NCBI GenBank assembly: GCA_951406725.2
Contig: OX597825.1
Span: forward strand, 85,932,001-85,996,000
Reading direction: 5' to 3'
DNA from: Octopus vulgaris
Lineage: Eukaryota
Length of the DNA: 64,000 nt
Shown: one piece after another, positions 43,380 through 57,600 of the stretch
Position numbering within the stretch: position 1 is the first letter of the stretch
Layout of the letters: each line of letters starts with the position of its first letter
The notes under the pieces: model-generated
The model's database searches: none
The model's input: the letters and a program-made list of their open reading frames with translations, nothing else
Told to the model about the DNA's origin: nothing
Translations under genes and position numbers: made by a program

Positions 43380-44889
43380 GCTTGTAAGATTGAATATTCA
43401 TATACGCGTAATAAGTATACGGGCATGTGTGCCCATATGTTTGTTATGTAAGAGAGAAGTAGAAAGAAATTTGGATAAAATAGTTGGCTTAAAGATTTAT
43501 GCAAATACGTTCGCCAGACGATGGCTCGGCGCCATCTTTCAACTAATCTATACTTGAAAAGGTTTGATACGTCTATATAAAGCAAAAAGAAAGAGCAATA
43601 TAGATAATGTGTGCTTCCAACTTATTTTGGATGTGCTGTGATAACGCCATAAACTGCAGTAATCGCCTACGAAATCATCTCGTAGAGACGAATAATGCTG
43701 AAAATCACAGATTATACCGACAGATGAAATTTCGTCAGTAACGGTTTTAGGACTATTACGTAATTTCAGCGTATTTTCGCATCGTCAGCAGTAAACACCT
43801 AACCAAGGAATGCTAGACAGAAATCTCGTCATACTGATATAATTTAACACTAACAAAAGAGTCAGTAATGTCGCAAAAAGCAGGGTTTACTTATTAAGTA
43901 GCTATTAGCGTCGGATGCAGTTTTTATAATGAATATTAATTCGTACATTCAACTCAGTTTTTCTCTAATAAGCAGAGCTCCCACTGTTTATACATATGAG
44001 CAGTGCCTACCCATGATACTTATAGATAATTCGTTAGAGTGAATCGCCAGTAGATAATCGTGTTCATATTGGAGAGAAAGCTTCGTCAGTGACTGGACAT
44101 GATTGAGAAATCTATCTTATTTCTAGAATGTTCAATCACAATTCTTATTTATACAAACGTCGTATTCTTTACACAATTCTAAATAACAACTAAAGTTGCA
44201 GAAAAAAACTTTGCAAAAATTTCCAATCATTATATACTAATTAAAGTTTTGGATAATTAGCCAAATATATAACTTATATAAACTTTTAATTGTTGTTTTA
44301 TTCCATAAAATTTATCAACAAATTACATGCAAAAATATGGTTAAACTAAAGCACAACATTGTGTTTTAGTGTGATGTTTACAATCAAACAGAATTAAAAA
44401 AGAAATGAAGATAAAAAAAAACAATTTGCAAAAGAAAAAAAGAATCTTTAATTTTTCAATCAAAATTTAATAAAAAAAAAACATTCGAATTTGGAATCAA
44501 AATAATTTAAATTTAAAAGAGAGATAAAAGTAACAGTTGCAAAAGATATTTTTTTTGTGTGTGAAATAATTAGATTTGGAGAAAAGAATTGGAATCTGCT
44601 TAGAAATCTCATCAGGCTTGAACGTCACGTGATAAAAACTTGCGAATGTTCTTTGATAAATATTCTTTGTTTCTTTAACAAATGTTTTCATGGAATCTCA
44701 AGGTGAAGGTCATAACTTAGTGGAGAATGGTACAATCGATCGAATCAATTAAATTAACTAAATTATGTAAGACATCTAGTTCGGCGCTTTACTGCCGTTT
44801 TCTTTTTTCTCTCACTTCCAAGGAGTTGATGGCTATATAGATAGATAGATAGATAGAGATATAGATATGTAGATAGGGATATAGATAAT

Positions 44890-44954
<65 letters not shown>

Positions 44955-45019
44955 CACAGATATATACGCGTGCGCACGCGCGTATACACACGCACACAAA
45001 CCATATTAGAGTTTGTTTT

Positions 45020-45190
45020 TATGTCAAGTTATTATAAAATCAATATTTAACACTAAACTAAAAGATTACTCAATACTATTTAGTAGAGTACATATCGATT
45101 AAACTTTTTACAATGAAAAGAGTGACAGTGACTTCGAAGTTTAGGCTTGCCTGCCTCCATCAGTCCAAAAGCTGAAAGTCACAAATGACA
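45020..45190 (-). mobile_element. Family H4 short element with degenerate hammerhead
   Basis: Reverse complement reads CTGATGG-AGGC-aggcaa-GCCT-AAAC-TTCGAAG-TC; homologous to 61105-61260 and 13290-13450. Confidence 0.55.
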
Positions 45191-45751
45191 TCTTAAAAGT
45201 TCACATAAATACGGATTAGAAACGCTAAGCAAGGGCTTATGTAAATATAAACTTGTGACCCGTTGAAATATGATTTTGATAAATATTCGAAGACAATGGA
45301 GAGAAAAAATTGTGTTGTAGACAAAGAGGTAGAAGCAAACCAGGGCAATGCAGAGCGCCCTCTACGCAGATCAATGAGTCCGTACATTTCGAATTAGTTA
45401 TCTTCTCTTTAATATGAAACACTGGGAAAAGAGGCGACTCTGAACTGATTACGAGATTAGGCCTCACTTCAGGGAAGATGCTCGGAAATGTGTGCATCCA
45501 TGGGTCCGGGTAGAGGGCGCTGCGAACTGATCTGATACCTTCACACCTTTCTGTTTACAGAAAGTAATTTTCACCATGACAAAACGCAGTGAGTGGGCCT
45601 CTTGCGGGTTCGAATATGTCTCAAGCATGTCTCAACTGTTTGTTCGTGTTCGTGTGTATGCGTGTTGTGTGTGTATATGTGTATGCGTGTGTGTGCATGC
45701 GTGTTCGCGCGCTTGAACACCTAGACATATATATATATATATTTGTGTGAC

Positions 45752-45800
<49 letters not shown>

Positions 45801-45849
45801 TATTTCAAATGTTTGCCTAGGACAGCTTGGGGAGGTAGTGATGAGACGA

Positions 45850-45995
45850 TTACATCGACCCCAGTGTTCAACTGGTACTTATTTTATCGACCCCGAAATG
45901 ATGAAAGGCAAAGTCGAATTTGAACTCAGAACGTTGCGACGGTCGAAATACCGATAGGCATTTCGTCCAGCGTGCTAACGATTCTGCCAGCTCGT
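45850..45995 (-). mobile_element. SINE family B
   Basis: atcgaccccag...tcgaccccgaaatgatgaaaggcaaagtcga...gattctgccagctcg. Confidence 0.75.
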
Positions 45996-45997
45996 CT

Positions 45998-46032
<35 letters not shown>

Positions 46033-46430
46033 CTGAGTGAAAGATTTCGCCAAAGTACAGTTCAAAATAGAATTAGGCAACCTATATATATTCACCTGAA
46101 ACCTGTCTACATAAACTTGCCGCCATCCCAGACGTGTTTACTCAACGTGTTCCAACGTAAACCGAAATACGTTTAATTAGTTTCTGGTTTAATTACTTTT
46201 AGTTTATATCGACATGAAGTGATTTCATTAAGATTCCATCTCCAATATCACCAATGACTTTATGACGTATTTTCCTGCTAAAATCGTTACAATTACAAGA
46301 ACTTTCTACCTAATTTGATATCGTGAATATCTCGGATTATAGGTGGTGTGCCATTCGCTGTAATTACATCGCAAAGTGATTACTGAGGGCCGTGACAAGA
46401 CGTGTCACTGTTTGCTAGAAAAAGCAGATG

Positions 46431-46510
46431 CAGTAATCTCTCGACTTTCGCGGGTGTTAGTTCCAAAACCCCCCGCGATAGGGGAAAATCCGCGAAGTAG
46501 AAACACTACT
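46431..46510 (+). mobile_element. Tigger/pogo-like terminal fragment
   Basis: cagtaatctctcgactttcgcgg...ccgcgata...ccgcgaa. Confidence 0.45.
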
Positions 46511-46517
46511 GTACTGT

Positions 46518-46729
46518 ACTCTTTTTACTCTTTTACTTGTTTCAGTAATTTGACTGTGGCCATGCTGGAGCACCGCCTTTAGTCGAGCAAATCTACCCCA
46601 GAACTTATTCTTTGTAAGCTTAGTACTTATTCTATCGGTCTCTTTTGCCGAACCGCTAAGTTACGGGGACGTAAACACACCAGCATCGGTTGTCAAGCGA
46701 TGTTGGGCGGGGGACAAGCAGACACACAA

Positions 46730-46783
<54 letters not shown>

Positions 46784-46910
46784 GACGGGCTTCTTTTCAG
46801 TTTCCGTCTCCCAAATTCACTGACAAGGCCTTGGTCGGCCCGAGGCTATAGTAGAAGACACTTGCCCAAGGTGCCATGAAGTGGGACTGAACCCGGAATG
46901 ATATGGTTAA
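46518..46910 (-). mobile_element. SINE family A, near full-length
   Basis: Tail (ctttta)n, ggccatgctggagcaccgcc, internal (CA)n(TA)n and a tRNA-like head. Confidence 0.85.
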
Positions 46911-47069
46911 AAAGCAGTAGTTGATATTCTCTCCATTGTTGTGTTTAATGAGATTTATTTTTTGTCTTCAATACTATTCGTTATGGTTTAGCCCTAGGTC
47001 AGTTCACGACCAGCAAACTTAGTATCAAAGCCTTCAAGTCAGGTGCTTCTTGGGGCTTTAATTTTTGGG

Positions 47070-47257
47070 CGTTGGCACGACTGTGTGGTTAATGACCGCG
47101 CTTTTGCGATCACGAGGTTTCCGGTTCAGTCTCACTGCTCATCACCTTGGACACGTGTCTTGTACTCTAGCCACGGACTGACCAATACATTGTGAGTGAA
47201 TACGGTAGACGGATACTGTACGGAAGCCCCTTGTGTGTGTGTGTGTATGTGTGTATG

Positions 47258-47309
<52 letters not shown>

Positions 47310-47560
47310 TGTATGTGTGTGTGTGTGCATGTCTTTGTGTCTGTGTGACCGTCCCTACCCACCGCATGTCAGCGAGTGTTGATTTGTTGACGTCCCCGTA
47401 ACTTAGCAGTTCGGGAAAAGAAAACTGATAGAATAAATACCAAAATTTAAGAAAAAATATGTACTGGGTGGGGGTGATTTGTTCGACTAAAACTCTTCAG
47501 AGCGATGCTCCGGCATGGCCGCAGTCCAATGAGTGAAACAGGTAAAAGATAGAAGATAAA
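47070..47560 (+). mobile_element. SINE family A, full-length diverged
   Basis: Head, internal (GT)n and a tail ending gcatggccgcagtccaatgagtgaaacaggtaaaaga. Confidence 0.75.
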
Positions 47561-48108
47561 AGGATTATGTTTAAAAATCTTTATCCAACTGGTTCTTCCT
47601 TTTTTTCAAGATACTGTACTGAAATTTGAAGAACATTTAGCTGCTGCTTCTAGCATATGCAATGCCCACGCTGAGGTGGCTTCATTGCTGTTTGGTTATA
47701 TTCCGATTTAAAGACTACACGAGAGCACTTTCATCGTCTTTGAAATCGGAATTCATATTAATTTTACTAATAGAATTTATGCAGATAACGTAGTTTCTTT
47801 AGAGTTTCATTCGGATCATTGCTGCTTAAATGGTGCCATAAAACTATGTTCCAGTTTATTAGTTGAACCATTAGTAAGTAAAACCTAATTGATTTTATTA
47901 ATTTAAGTAGAGTGAGTAAGACGAGGTTGAAGCTGGATGGATTTTTCAAAGGAAAATGTGTGGACATGCGATATATGCATCTATGTTTGTGTGCACGTGT
48001 CTGTGTATTACATATACATATATACATACATATATACATATATATATACATATATACATATATATATACATATATACATATATATATATACATACATATA
48101 CATGCATT

Positions 48109-48149
<41 letters not shown>

Positions 48150-48237
48150 ATTGATATTGATATTAGCACCAATTTGTTGGATATAAAATACTATAGATAT
48201 GCAACACCGGTTTAAAACCGTTAAAAAGTAACCATAA

Positions 48238-48372
<135 letters not shown>

Positions 48373-48799
48373 CAAAATGTAATGGAAACAGAGGAGAAAT
48401 AAGCAGCTGACAGCGGCGAGACAGGTAATCATGCGAGCAGACAGTGAATAAATAGAGAAGGACGGGGAAAGTGATTGAGAAAGAGATAGCATGAGTAGGA
48501 GTGGAGATGCGGAAAGAAGAATGATAGAACTCTACAATACAGGGAAATAAAATAAGTAATTTAATAAAATAACTGAGACATGAAGTAGATGAGAATGATA
48601 TGGAGAAGGATAAAGACGGGAAGAGATTGATTGTGGAAATAAGTAAATTTGTGCATGATAACGAAGTGTAGAGGAAGACGTTAGGAAATTAAGAGAAGAT
48701 GTGGAAACAGATTCTCAGGGAGAGAAAAAAAGAGAAATATCGAGAGAGAGATAAGGGAAGGGGAAAATATAAGGATCTCAGTCAACAAGAATAAATTGA

Positions 48800-48990
48800 T
48801 TGAAATTTAAAAGACTGAGATTAATATAAAGACAAAATGAAACAAAATATTCATCAAAGAAAGCATTAAGAATTTCTGACATGAGGCAGAAATAAACCCC
48901 ATCTGAAAAAAAGCCAAACAACGAAAATAAAGATGTACAAATTCTATGCCTTTCGATTTTTACGAATGGATGCGAGACATGGGTAACGAA
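48800..48990 (+). mobile_element. RTE-like RT C-terminal relic
   Basis: Frameshifted SQTTKIKMYK and LCLSIFTNGCETW, resembling TK..LY...I.P.L.YG.ETW. Confidence 0.4.
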
Positions 48991-49053
48991 TACGAATCGG
49001 CAAAGGGCTATGGTGAACACTTTTCACACACACACACACACATACATATACAT

Positions 49054-49146
<93 letters not shown>

Positions 49147-49245
49147 CTAATACTAATAAATATCTGTAAATATAAAACCATCCAGATTTCTGAGTACCTC
49201 ATTTCTTCTACTATAAAATACCTGTACATCATCTCCAAACCTTCT

Positions 49246-49315
<70 letters not shown>

Positions 49316-49712
49316 ACTTATAAACAAGGGCAAAAAAAAAAATTTCTAACGCCAAATATGCCGAAATAAACACATTGTCAAAAACCATATAATTCATCAC
49401 TATAAGCACGCGTCTCGAAGAAAGCCGACAGAAATTTCTAAAAAATTTCGTTGTTATCATATCGGCCCCGATTTCAGAGTTAATTCATAAGAACCTTCCC
49501 TTCGTCAGTGATAAATGCGGCAAAGAAATAAATGAAATACTTACTTATACCCATGGAAGAAGCAATCACTAAATCATGAGCACAGTTAAGTACCCCAAAC
49601 ATATCTAAAATAGAAATTCTCCTGCACATCTCGAGACACGTGCGATTCGAACTGAAAACTCTCACAGAATGAGTGAGTCCGGAAGTGAACACTATTAAAG
49701 TTACATAGATGT

Positions 49713-49765
<53 letters not shown>

Positions 49766-49831
49766 GTATGTGTGTACTAAAAAAAGCTCCTTAATATCAT
49801 TTATGACATTGTATGTGTGTGTGTGTGTACG

Positions 49832-49873
<42 letters not shown>

Positions 49874-51054
49874 CATGCGTGTGTGTGTACGGTCTATAGG
49901 AATCGCTCTGAAGATTAATCTATTAGCTTCCCTCTTAACACACTTGTATAGATGGGTGTGTACTTTTGATACTGTGAATACTATTGTTGTGTCAGGAAAT
50001 AATTAATTCCGAAAATTGGAAAATTGGAACGAACAAGACTTAATTAAAAGTCGAATTATTTCAGAAAGCGTTGATGTAAAAGAAGGAAGAACATTTAATG
50101 CCTGTTGTAGAAAAATGCCCTGGGAACTAATCATTATGCTCGAAGTGAGTGAGGTCAACTGAAATGCCTAGTTAACAGGAATTAAGTGAGATTTCTTCAG
50201 TTCTTCGATTTGTTTCCTCCGAGAACATTAATAAGTTTACAGGAATAGCTTCAGAAAGTTAATTTTGAAAAGAAGGTTGTTATAATACCAGGGTTTCTCT
50301 GTGATACATGCGATCATCGATGTGTAAGAAGGGGAAGGTGGACTTGGGGCTTCTTTCGTTGTAAGCTTCGAAAGATATAGAGGAATGTTTGAATAGAACA
50401 AGCGGGTGGTTGACGGGTATGGGGATGTAATTGTTTTTAATGGAAGTATTTAGGGAAGAATTTGGTCAGAAGCGGAAAGAATGGTTTAATGTTGGGAGAA
50501 CAATAAGAAAATGGAAATAATGAATGAAAGAAAACAAAAGAAGAAGAATAGGAAGAAGTGAGAAAGAAAGAAAGAACGAGAGTGCTATGATGTAAACAAC
50601 GTTTAGGTTATAGAACATCTAGGCTAGAAATAACAGTCAAAACTATCTCAAGCTACAGCTTAGTGTCTTAGAAAGACTAGGCGCGCTGGACAATTTAGTC
50701 CCAGATACATTGTGCATAAATAAGACGATCAATTGTTTCATACTTAAATTACTTTGATAATAAATCTGCAACTTTAAGGCCTGTGGGTAAATATAAACAC
50801 ATATGCGTGTGCGTATACATTTATGTATGCGTGTGTGCGTGTGTGTGTGTATATACATATATACACACGACAACCATGGGACCCATGGGCCCAATGTGGT
50901 ACGTTCAGACTTCTATTGACAAAGGGTCCTACACTAATTCTTTCAACTATTTCTGGTTGGTTCTCAACTTCAAGTAGGAAAAAGACTATTTCGAAATTTG
51001 GCTATCACGTGACTATAATATTGTATTTGATTAATAATAGCTATATATATATAT

Positions 51055-51235
51055 AGGGAGAGTTTACGAAAAAAACAAAAGACGAAGACAGGTGGTGTAC
51101 AAAACAAACAGATGTATTAGTATCACGCTCAGGAATAGAAAAAAGTCTTTTACGTTTCGAGCCTACGCTCTTCTACAGAAAGGGACACAGAAAAAACAAG
51201 GAGAGAAAGAAATGTGTGTAGTGGCTAACGATCTA
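51055..51235 (-). mobile_element. Family H1 element with hammerhead-like motif (CUGUAGA core)
   Basis: Reverse complement of 51147-51182 reads cttt-CTGTAGA-AGAGC-GTAG-GCTC-GAAA-CG-TA-aaag. Confidence 0.7.
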
Positions 51236-51236
51236 T

Positions 51237-51312
<76 letters not shown>

Positions 51313-51355
51313 TATACATATACATATACATAAATACATATATATATATATACAC

Positions 51356-51397
<42 letters not shown>

Positions 51398-51479
51398 GTA
51401 TAACTGTATGATGTATATGTGTGTATGTCTGCGTATGTATGTGTGAGTGTGTGGATGGATGGAGGAATGGATGGATAGA

Positions 51480-51912
51480 TGTCATTACTCGGTTTTATTT
51501 CAAGATTTCTTACCAACAGTGGAAGAACCGGTTTCGACCTTGTTCCAAGGCTCCTTCATTGGAATTTCAACATTTACAGGGTATGTATGTATGTATGTAT
51601 GTATCTATCTATCTATCTATATATATATAAATGATAAACTTCTGGAATGTTTTACAGACTCTATCAGTTCTTGTGATGACTTGGATGAGTAGTCTTCGAA
51701 TCAGCTTTCTCCTTTCTGATTTTGAGAAACCTAATTTCTCAAGATTAGTACTTAGGCATTGTGTTACATATCCCAGTGCACCAATAATTACAGGTGCCCC
51801 AATAATTACTTGAACTTGTAATCTGGGTAACAGTAGATTTCTCAGTAGTTCAGCGTCGGTATTTTCTTTTTCGCTGATCTTTAGCTTTATGTAAACATCT
51901 GTTGAGCAGCTT
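51480..51912 (-). mobile_element. R4/Dong-like 3' fragment in (TACA)n
   Basis: Reverse complement of the 60056-61040 element; its 5' flank is (TATG)n. Confidence 0.8.
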
Positions 51913-52263
51913 ATGTATGTATGTATGCATGTAAGAATGTATGTATGTATGTATGTATGTATGTATGTATGTATGTATGTATGTATGTATGTATGTATAT
52001 GAAAATACGGTTTATGTCAACACAAGTAGAAATGTAAGAAAATTAGAGTAGGTTTGAAATTTACCGGGTTCATAAAACGAATCTTGTTTTGTTTAAATCT
52101 TTTAATCCATTAAAATACCCAACCGGTTTCGATAATTTTTGTTTTTCAATGATTAGTATAAAATGTAAAATAAAATGTAAACACAGAGGAAAGAGACTGC
52201 AAAAGAAAAGATTGATAGCGATAAAACATTATGAAAGATATAACGTTTAATATTTTCACAGCA

Positions 52264-52294
<31 letters not shown>

Positions 52295-52483
52295 TGCAGT
52301 CCACTCAGCCGCCAACAGGTCACCTTGCGATAGAAATATATGCCTGCCCGTCCGCTTAACCGGTGAAGTCGCATCATTCGAAAGTTATAATTCGAGGAAA
52401 CATATTGTGACCAGCAGTGTGCAACAACATATAACAGCCTGATCGATACCTGATCGATAGCCTAATCGATACTATGACATATC

Positions 52484-52526
<43 letters not shown>

Positions 52527-54264
52527 ATGATTCGATATATTTTATTTTACTTAAAGGAACAGACCATCAGTTTACAAAATATATCTCGTGTTAATAAAAG
52601 TTGAAGTTTCTTATTAAACAGAAGCAAATATTTATTTTGGAGCTGAACATTTTCCAAATCATCTTCCGTCACGGTTCGCTGTCTGCAACACTGAAGTTCA
52701 CATTTTGATCTGTTGTCTTTTTGACGTGTCTTTCTTTTCGTAACATCGTTTGACAGCCAAAAGATGAGGCAAGACCTCTATTGATTATACGTATAGTTAT
52801 CATCAAACACAGCTGCGTATCTAAAAAGAAATTCTATTTTGTTTTCTCGAATACATCTCTGAATCTTCTCTTCTTTCTGAAGTTTGCAAGATTTCGTTGT
52901 TAAAACAATTTCATGTATATCCAGAAAGACAGAGATGTCGATAAAATTTTACACACAGATATCGAAAGTACTTATAAATGTTTGTATTTTATTATGGAAA
53001 GTAAAGTTTTCTTCTTCGAAATTTATCGAAAGCTCAAATAGAATAAGGATCATTTCTTTTATGTTAGTTTTTTGTTTTAAGGAAATATTCAAAATTTACC
53101 ATTTTTAGCATTTTGTCCAAATTGATATCTTTTTCTGAAACACAACCAATTTATCTAACGAAATAAGATTTCTTCTTTATCTCACACATCTGAGCTGATA
53201 ATATTAAGATACGTAAATATTCCATTCCATTCTACAATTCCATTCTACAATTCTACAATTCCAAAGATTCGAATCGAAGAAATCCACTAATAGATGTGGA
53301 GGACTGTTTTACGAGTATATGAAGTATTTTTATAAAACTTTTGTGGTGGTGAAGTGCCATCGTTACAAATTAGATCGAAGCCAAATATCAAACTAAGATA
53401 AATGGTTCCCAATCACATTCTTAAGTTTAAGAGAGGACAGCAACGAGCAGGAATGGGTTTTGGCGGTTAGCGTGTCTAAGAGGCGTAAACCACGAATGAA
53501 TTTCATGTTTATATATAACGCTGAGAATTTAATAACTTTGCTATTTGATAACCAATCAAAAAACAGATTTTTTTTTATTTTGCTTTAAAGAATTTGATTA
53601 TGCAGGGAAATATATTTTTAGAAAACGTTAATAAAAATACAAATATTGAATTATTAGTTTGTTTATTTGTTTTTTTTTTCTTTTTTTTTTTTTGCTTTTT
53701 TCTTTTTTCTTTTTTTTTTATCAAATATATATCTTTTGGTTCAAAAATTTCTTACCTCATAAAAGAATGAGAAATTCAATTATGCAAGATTCTCCCCAAA
53801 ATTAATTAAAGCAGCCAATGAATAAGTAACAATTTGGATTTGATAAAGGAAGACATATATGGCATAGTGACTGAGTCGGTAGAGCATCGGAAGAAATGCT
53901 GTCGAGCATTTCTTTCTGTGCTACGGACAACTTACTTTCATCCTTTTAGTCCAACCCATGGAAAAGGATTGTCGGAATTATTAGAGCGAGAGGCAGGACA
54001 CTATGTGCAGTTCTTTGGGGTTCTTCGTTGAGGGACGAAATCTATTGCTCAATTTAACATCTCGAACTAAACCTTGGCTGCCTTTTGTGGATTTCACTCT
54101 GTTGCAAGAGTTTAGTTCCGGTCTTCGGTTTGGGGATTCGTTCCTCATTCCTTCCCAGCAATTCTCAACAGTGAAATAATAAAGGATCGTGGACAATTCC
54201 CTTCCCTTTCTGTTTCAAAAATTCACTGAGAAATGCGAATGTAGCGGCAGCATGAGCGCTTGTG

Positions 54265-54425
54265 AACTTTAGCTGTCCACATTGTAGCTTTTTACTTTTG
54301 ACTGCCCATCTTGGTTCACTACGTGATAGTCAGACCCATTTAGTTTTATTTGGACCTCCCACATCTTCAACGTGATGGATTAGCCTAGCACCTGTTCGCC
54401 AGTTACAAAATGGGAAGTTCTGGCT
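54265..54425 (-). mobile_element. Gypsy-type integrase C-terminal (GPY/F) relic
   Basis: One frame reads RTSHFVTGEQVLG*SITLKMWEVQIKLNGSDYHVVNQDGQSKVKSYNVDS, resembling F..GD.VL...W.GP...Y.V...K.YHV..LK. Confidence 0.4.
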
Positions 54426-54725
54426 CGTTAGGTCCCCAGGGAGGAGAGTTTTGCTGCAAACGACCTGGGACCTTGACGTGAAAATAATTTTGATTTCAAT
54501 TTGCAGTTTTCAATTTAAACAGATTTTAAGCCAGAATCTTTAAAGTTAAGCTTAGCATTCTACCAACCTCTGAATAGAAGTAACTAGAATTATTGCGATA
54601 TTGTATTTCAGGTTTTCATTTAACCTCTGTTCTACAATTTGATGAACATTTAAGTACTTATAATGTTTTAACAACTGAAACGATTTGCTTTATCAAATTT
54701 CTGAAGTTGTAATAAATGTTTCCTT

Positions 54726-54955
54726 ATTTGTTTATTGCCCACAAGGGGCTAAACATAGAGGGGACAAACAATGACAGACAAAGGGATTAAGTCGATTGCA
54801 TCGACCCCAGTGCGTAACTGGTACTTTATTTATCGACCTCGAAAGGATGAAAGGCAAAGTCGACCTCGGCGGAATTTGAACTCAGAACCTAACGGCAGAC
54901 AAAATAACGCTAAGCATTTCGCCCGACACGCAAACGTTTCTGCCAGGTCGCCGCC
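54726..54955 (-). mobile_element. Full-length SINE family B with flanking direct repeat
   Basis: Complete head to tail. The flanks aagttgtaataaatgtttcctt (54704-54725) and aagttgtaagaaatgtttcctt (54964-54985) differ by 1 base. Confidence 0.85.
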
Positions 54956-55344
54956 TTATAATAAAGTTGTAAGAAATGTTTCCTTGCGGTCCATTGTAAT
55001 TTGTCTCTGAATTCGTTTATTATTATCCATCTTGAATTCATTTAACAAACCTGACTGCTTCAAGGGCGTACATGTTAAACCAATAAATGCCACAGCCATT
55101 GCTGAAGCCGCGGTTGCTGGAATATATCCAAGTTATAAAGAAATAAGGACATGATTGGTGTAAGATGTTTGGGGGAAACCATTAACATTTTGCAACTGTG
55201 ATTTTTATTTTATTTTTTTTTTCAATTCATGAGAAATCAAAAACAGTGCTTGTGGGTCGCACAATTCCTCTCCGACCGGGGGGGAGGACGGTCATACCGT
55301 TTTACGTTCGACGGAAATTGTTGTAAATCGATGACTGTAGGGAA

Positions 55345-55423
55345 ATGATGTGATGAGGATGATGATGATGATGATGACGACGACGACGACGACGGTGATG
55401 TTGGTGATGATGATGATGACGAC

Positions 55424-55458
<35 letters not shown>

Positions 55459-55697
55459 CGATGGTGACGACGACGATGACGGTGATGTTGATTGTAATGG
55501 TGATACTTTTGCTGCTGGTTGCGGTGGTAGTGGTGGTGGCGGTAGAGGTGGTGGTGGTGGTGGGTGGTGGTGGTGGTGGTGCTGGTGCTGGTGCTGGTGC
55601 TGGTGCTGGTTTGATGCTGGTTATGTTGTTGGCGGTGCTGGGTGGTGCTGGTTGTGGTGGTGGTCGTGGTGGCGGTGGCGATGGATGGCGGTGGTGA
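55345..55697. repeat. (GAT/GAC/GGT) low-complexity tract
   Basis: Trinucleotide runs. Confidence 0.85.
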
Positions 55698-56111
55698 TTC
55701 CTCGTTCTGTTTTTATACATGAAGAAGCAATTAGGGAACCATGTCTATTCTTCAGATTACAATTCCACATCAGAACGTGACATTCTTCAACAAACAAGAC
55801 ATTCGCCAAACTGCAAAGAATCGGAAGTTCCTGCTGGAAGAATGGAAACAAGTTCGTGAAGATTCTATCGACCCAGTATTCGGTGTGGAGGAGTGGCGGA
55901 GGTCGATTATTACACTTTGGGTTTTGTTCTTCTGTTTCTTAACTATTTGTCTCAGAAAAAAAAGGAGATTTGGAGTTTGGCAGATTGTCTTCGAATTAGC
56001 CACGTTTGGAGAGGTAGACAGACAGACAGAGAAACAGGCAAGCAGGCAGATCGAGAGATACTGGGAAATGTAAATCTCCACTGTTATTGTGTGTGCACGC
56101 TTGCGTATATG

Positions 56112-56171
<60 letters not shown>

Positions 56172-56510
56172 CGTAGGAGAATGATCGAAATGAAAGAAAG
56201 ACGATAAGTAGAGGAAACACGTTTGTTTTTCTTTTAATTTATCTTATTTTCTGGAATGAAGTAATTATGTTAGCCATAATAATGATAAGGACAATAACGA
56301 AAAACAGAACGGAACAACAACAACAACAACAACAACAATAATAATAATAATAATAATAATAATGGTAATAATAATAACAATAACAATAATAACAATAACA
56401 ATAACAATAACAATAATAATAATAATAATAATAATAACAATAATAACAACAACGATGATGATGATGATGGCGACGACAACAGCAACAACAACAACAATAA
56501 TAATAATACG

Positions 56511-56820
56511 ACATGGTCAGTTCCACCGTGAAACTAACAACTTGAAGGGCCAGGAATCACCATGGAGGTGGTTCAGCGAGGGTGACCTTAAAAAGAAGTC
56601 TGAAAGCCTAATCAACGCTGCCTAGGATCAGGCATTGAATACCAACTCAGTGAAAAGGTATACATACCACACAAGTGCACCTCTGCAGAATGTATGAGAA
56701 GAAGGTCGATAGCGTGACTCACATTGTCATGGCTTGTGAATGTCTTGCGCAGAATCGCATCATGGTTGGCAAAGGCAATGACATCATGGTTGGCAAAGGC
56801 AATGACCATAGGATATGTCG
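56511..56820 (+). mobile_element. R4/Dong-clade non-LTR fragment (second family) next to (AAT)n
   Basis: HGQFHRE...WRWF..GDLKK.SE.LINAA*DQALNTN...DSVTHIVMACECLAQ, the region around the CCHC motif typical of R4/Dong. Confidence 0.8.
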
Positions 56821-57469
56821 ACGATTAACAATCTCGAGAATAAATTCACTTTGAATTTACTTATTCATTTTACTTATTCCTTTCACAAATTAATTCGTAA
56901 AGACCTTTTAATGACCCTGTATATTAAGTGAGAATCTTAGTGTTGGTAAATATAAGAAAACCGTGAAGATCGAACTGGAAGCCTCGGATGAGGACAGCAG
57001 AGAACAGCAGAGAGATGAATACAGAACTTGGTGCCATTGCAGCAGATACAACTTTTGCAATTACCTCGTAATATCATATTTCCAGAAGCAGAGAAAGAAT
57101 TAATCTTCCATTTATGGAGTTATTTACGTCAGAGGTAGCAGAATATAGAAATATAAAATCATATGAAATTGTAATCCACTGACTGCAGCAGTTGGAAGTA
57201 TGTAATATCTTAGGATATCATATAACTAGAGTGACAAGAGAAAGTCAGGCCATAAAGTACAGTCTATAACCTACAGATTACAACTGATGTAATATTTGAT
57301 CTGTGCAACTCCATAAAAATATGGAGAACAAAAAGGGGAAAAAAAAATATATTATATATTTTAGTGGAAAATATTCAACAATGACTGTGCTGCCCCTTGT
57401 AGCATCTCTTTCTCAGTCTACCTATCTATGCATATATAAATGGGTGTGGGGGTGTGGGGATGTATGTGA

Positions 57470-57600
57470 AGGCGCGTGATCGCCGAATCGTGGGTTCGAT
57501 TCCCAGACCGAGACGCACGTGGTGTTCTTCAGCAAAATACTTCATCTCACAATGCTCCAGTCCACTTAGCTGTAAATGGGTTAACCCTTATGATGGACCT
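57470..57600 (+). mobile_element. SINE family C, degenerate
   Basis: gggttcgattcc...gctccagtccacttagctgtaaatggg. Confidence 0.55.

Noticed and set aside
55741-56073. 110-aa ORF MSILQITIPH...
   Set aside because: No recognisable homology or consistent splice support; not called as CDS.
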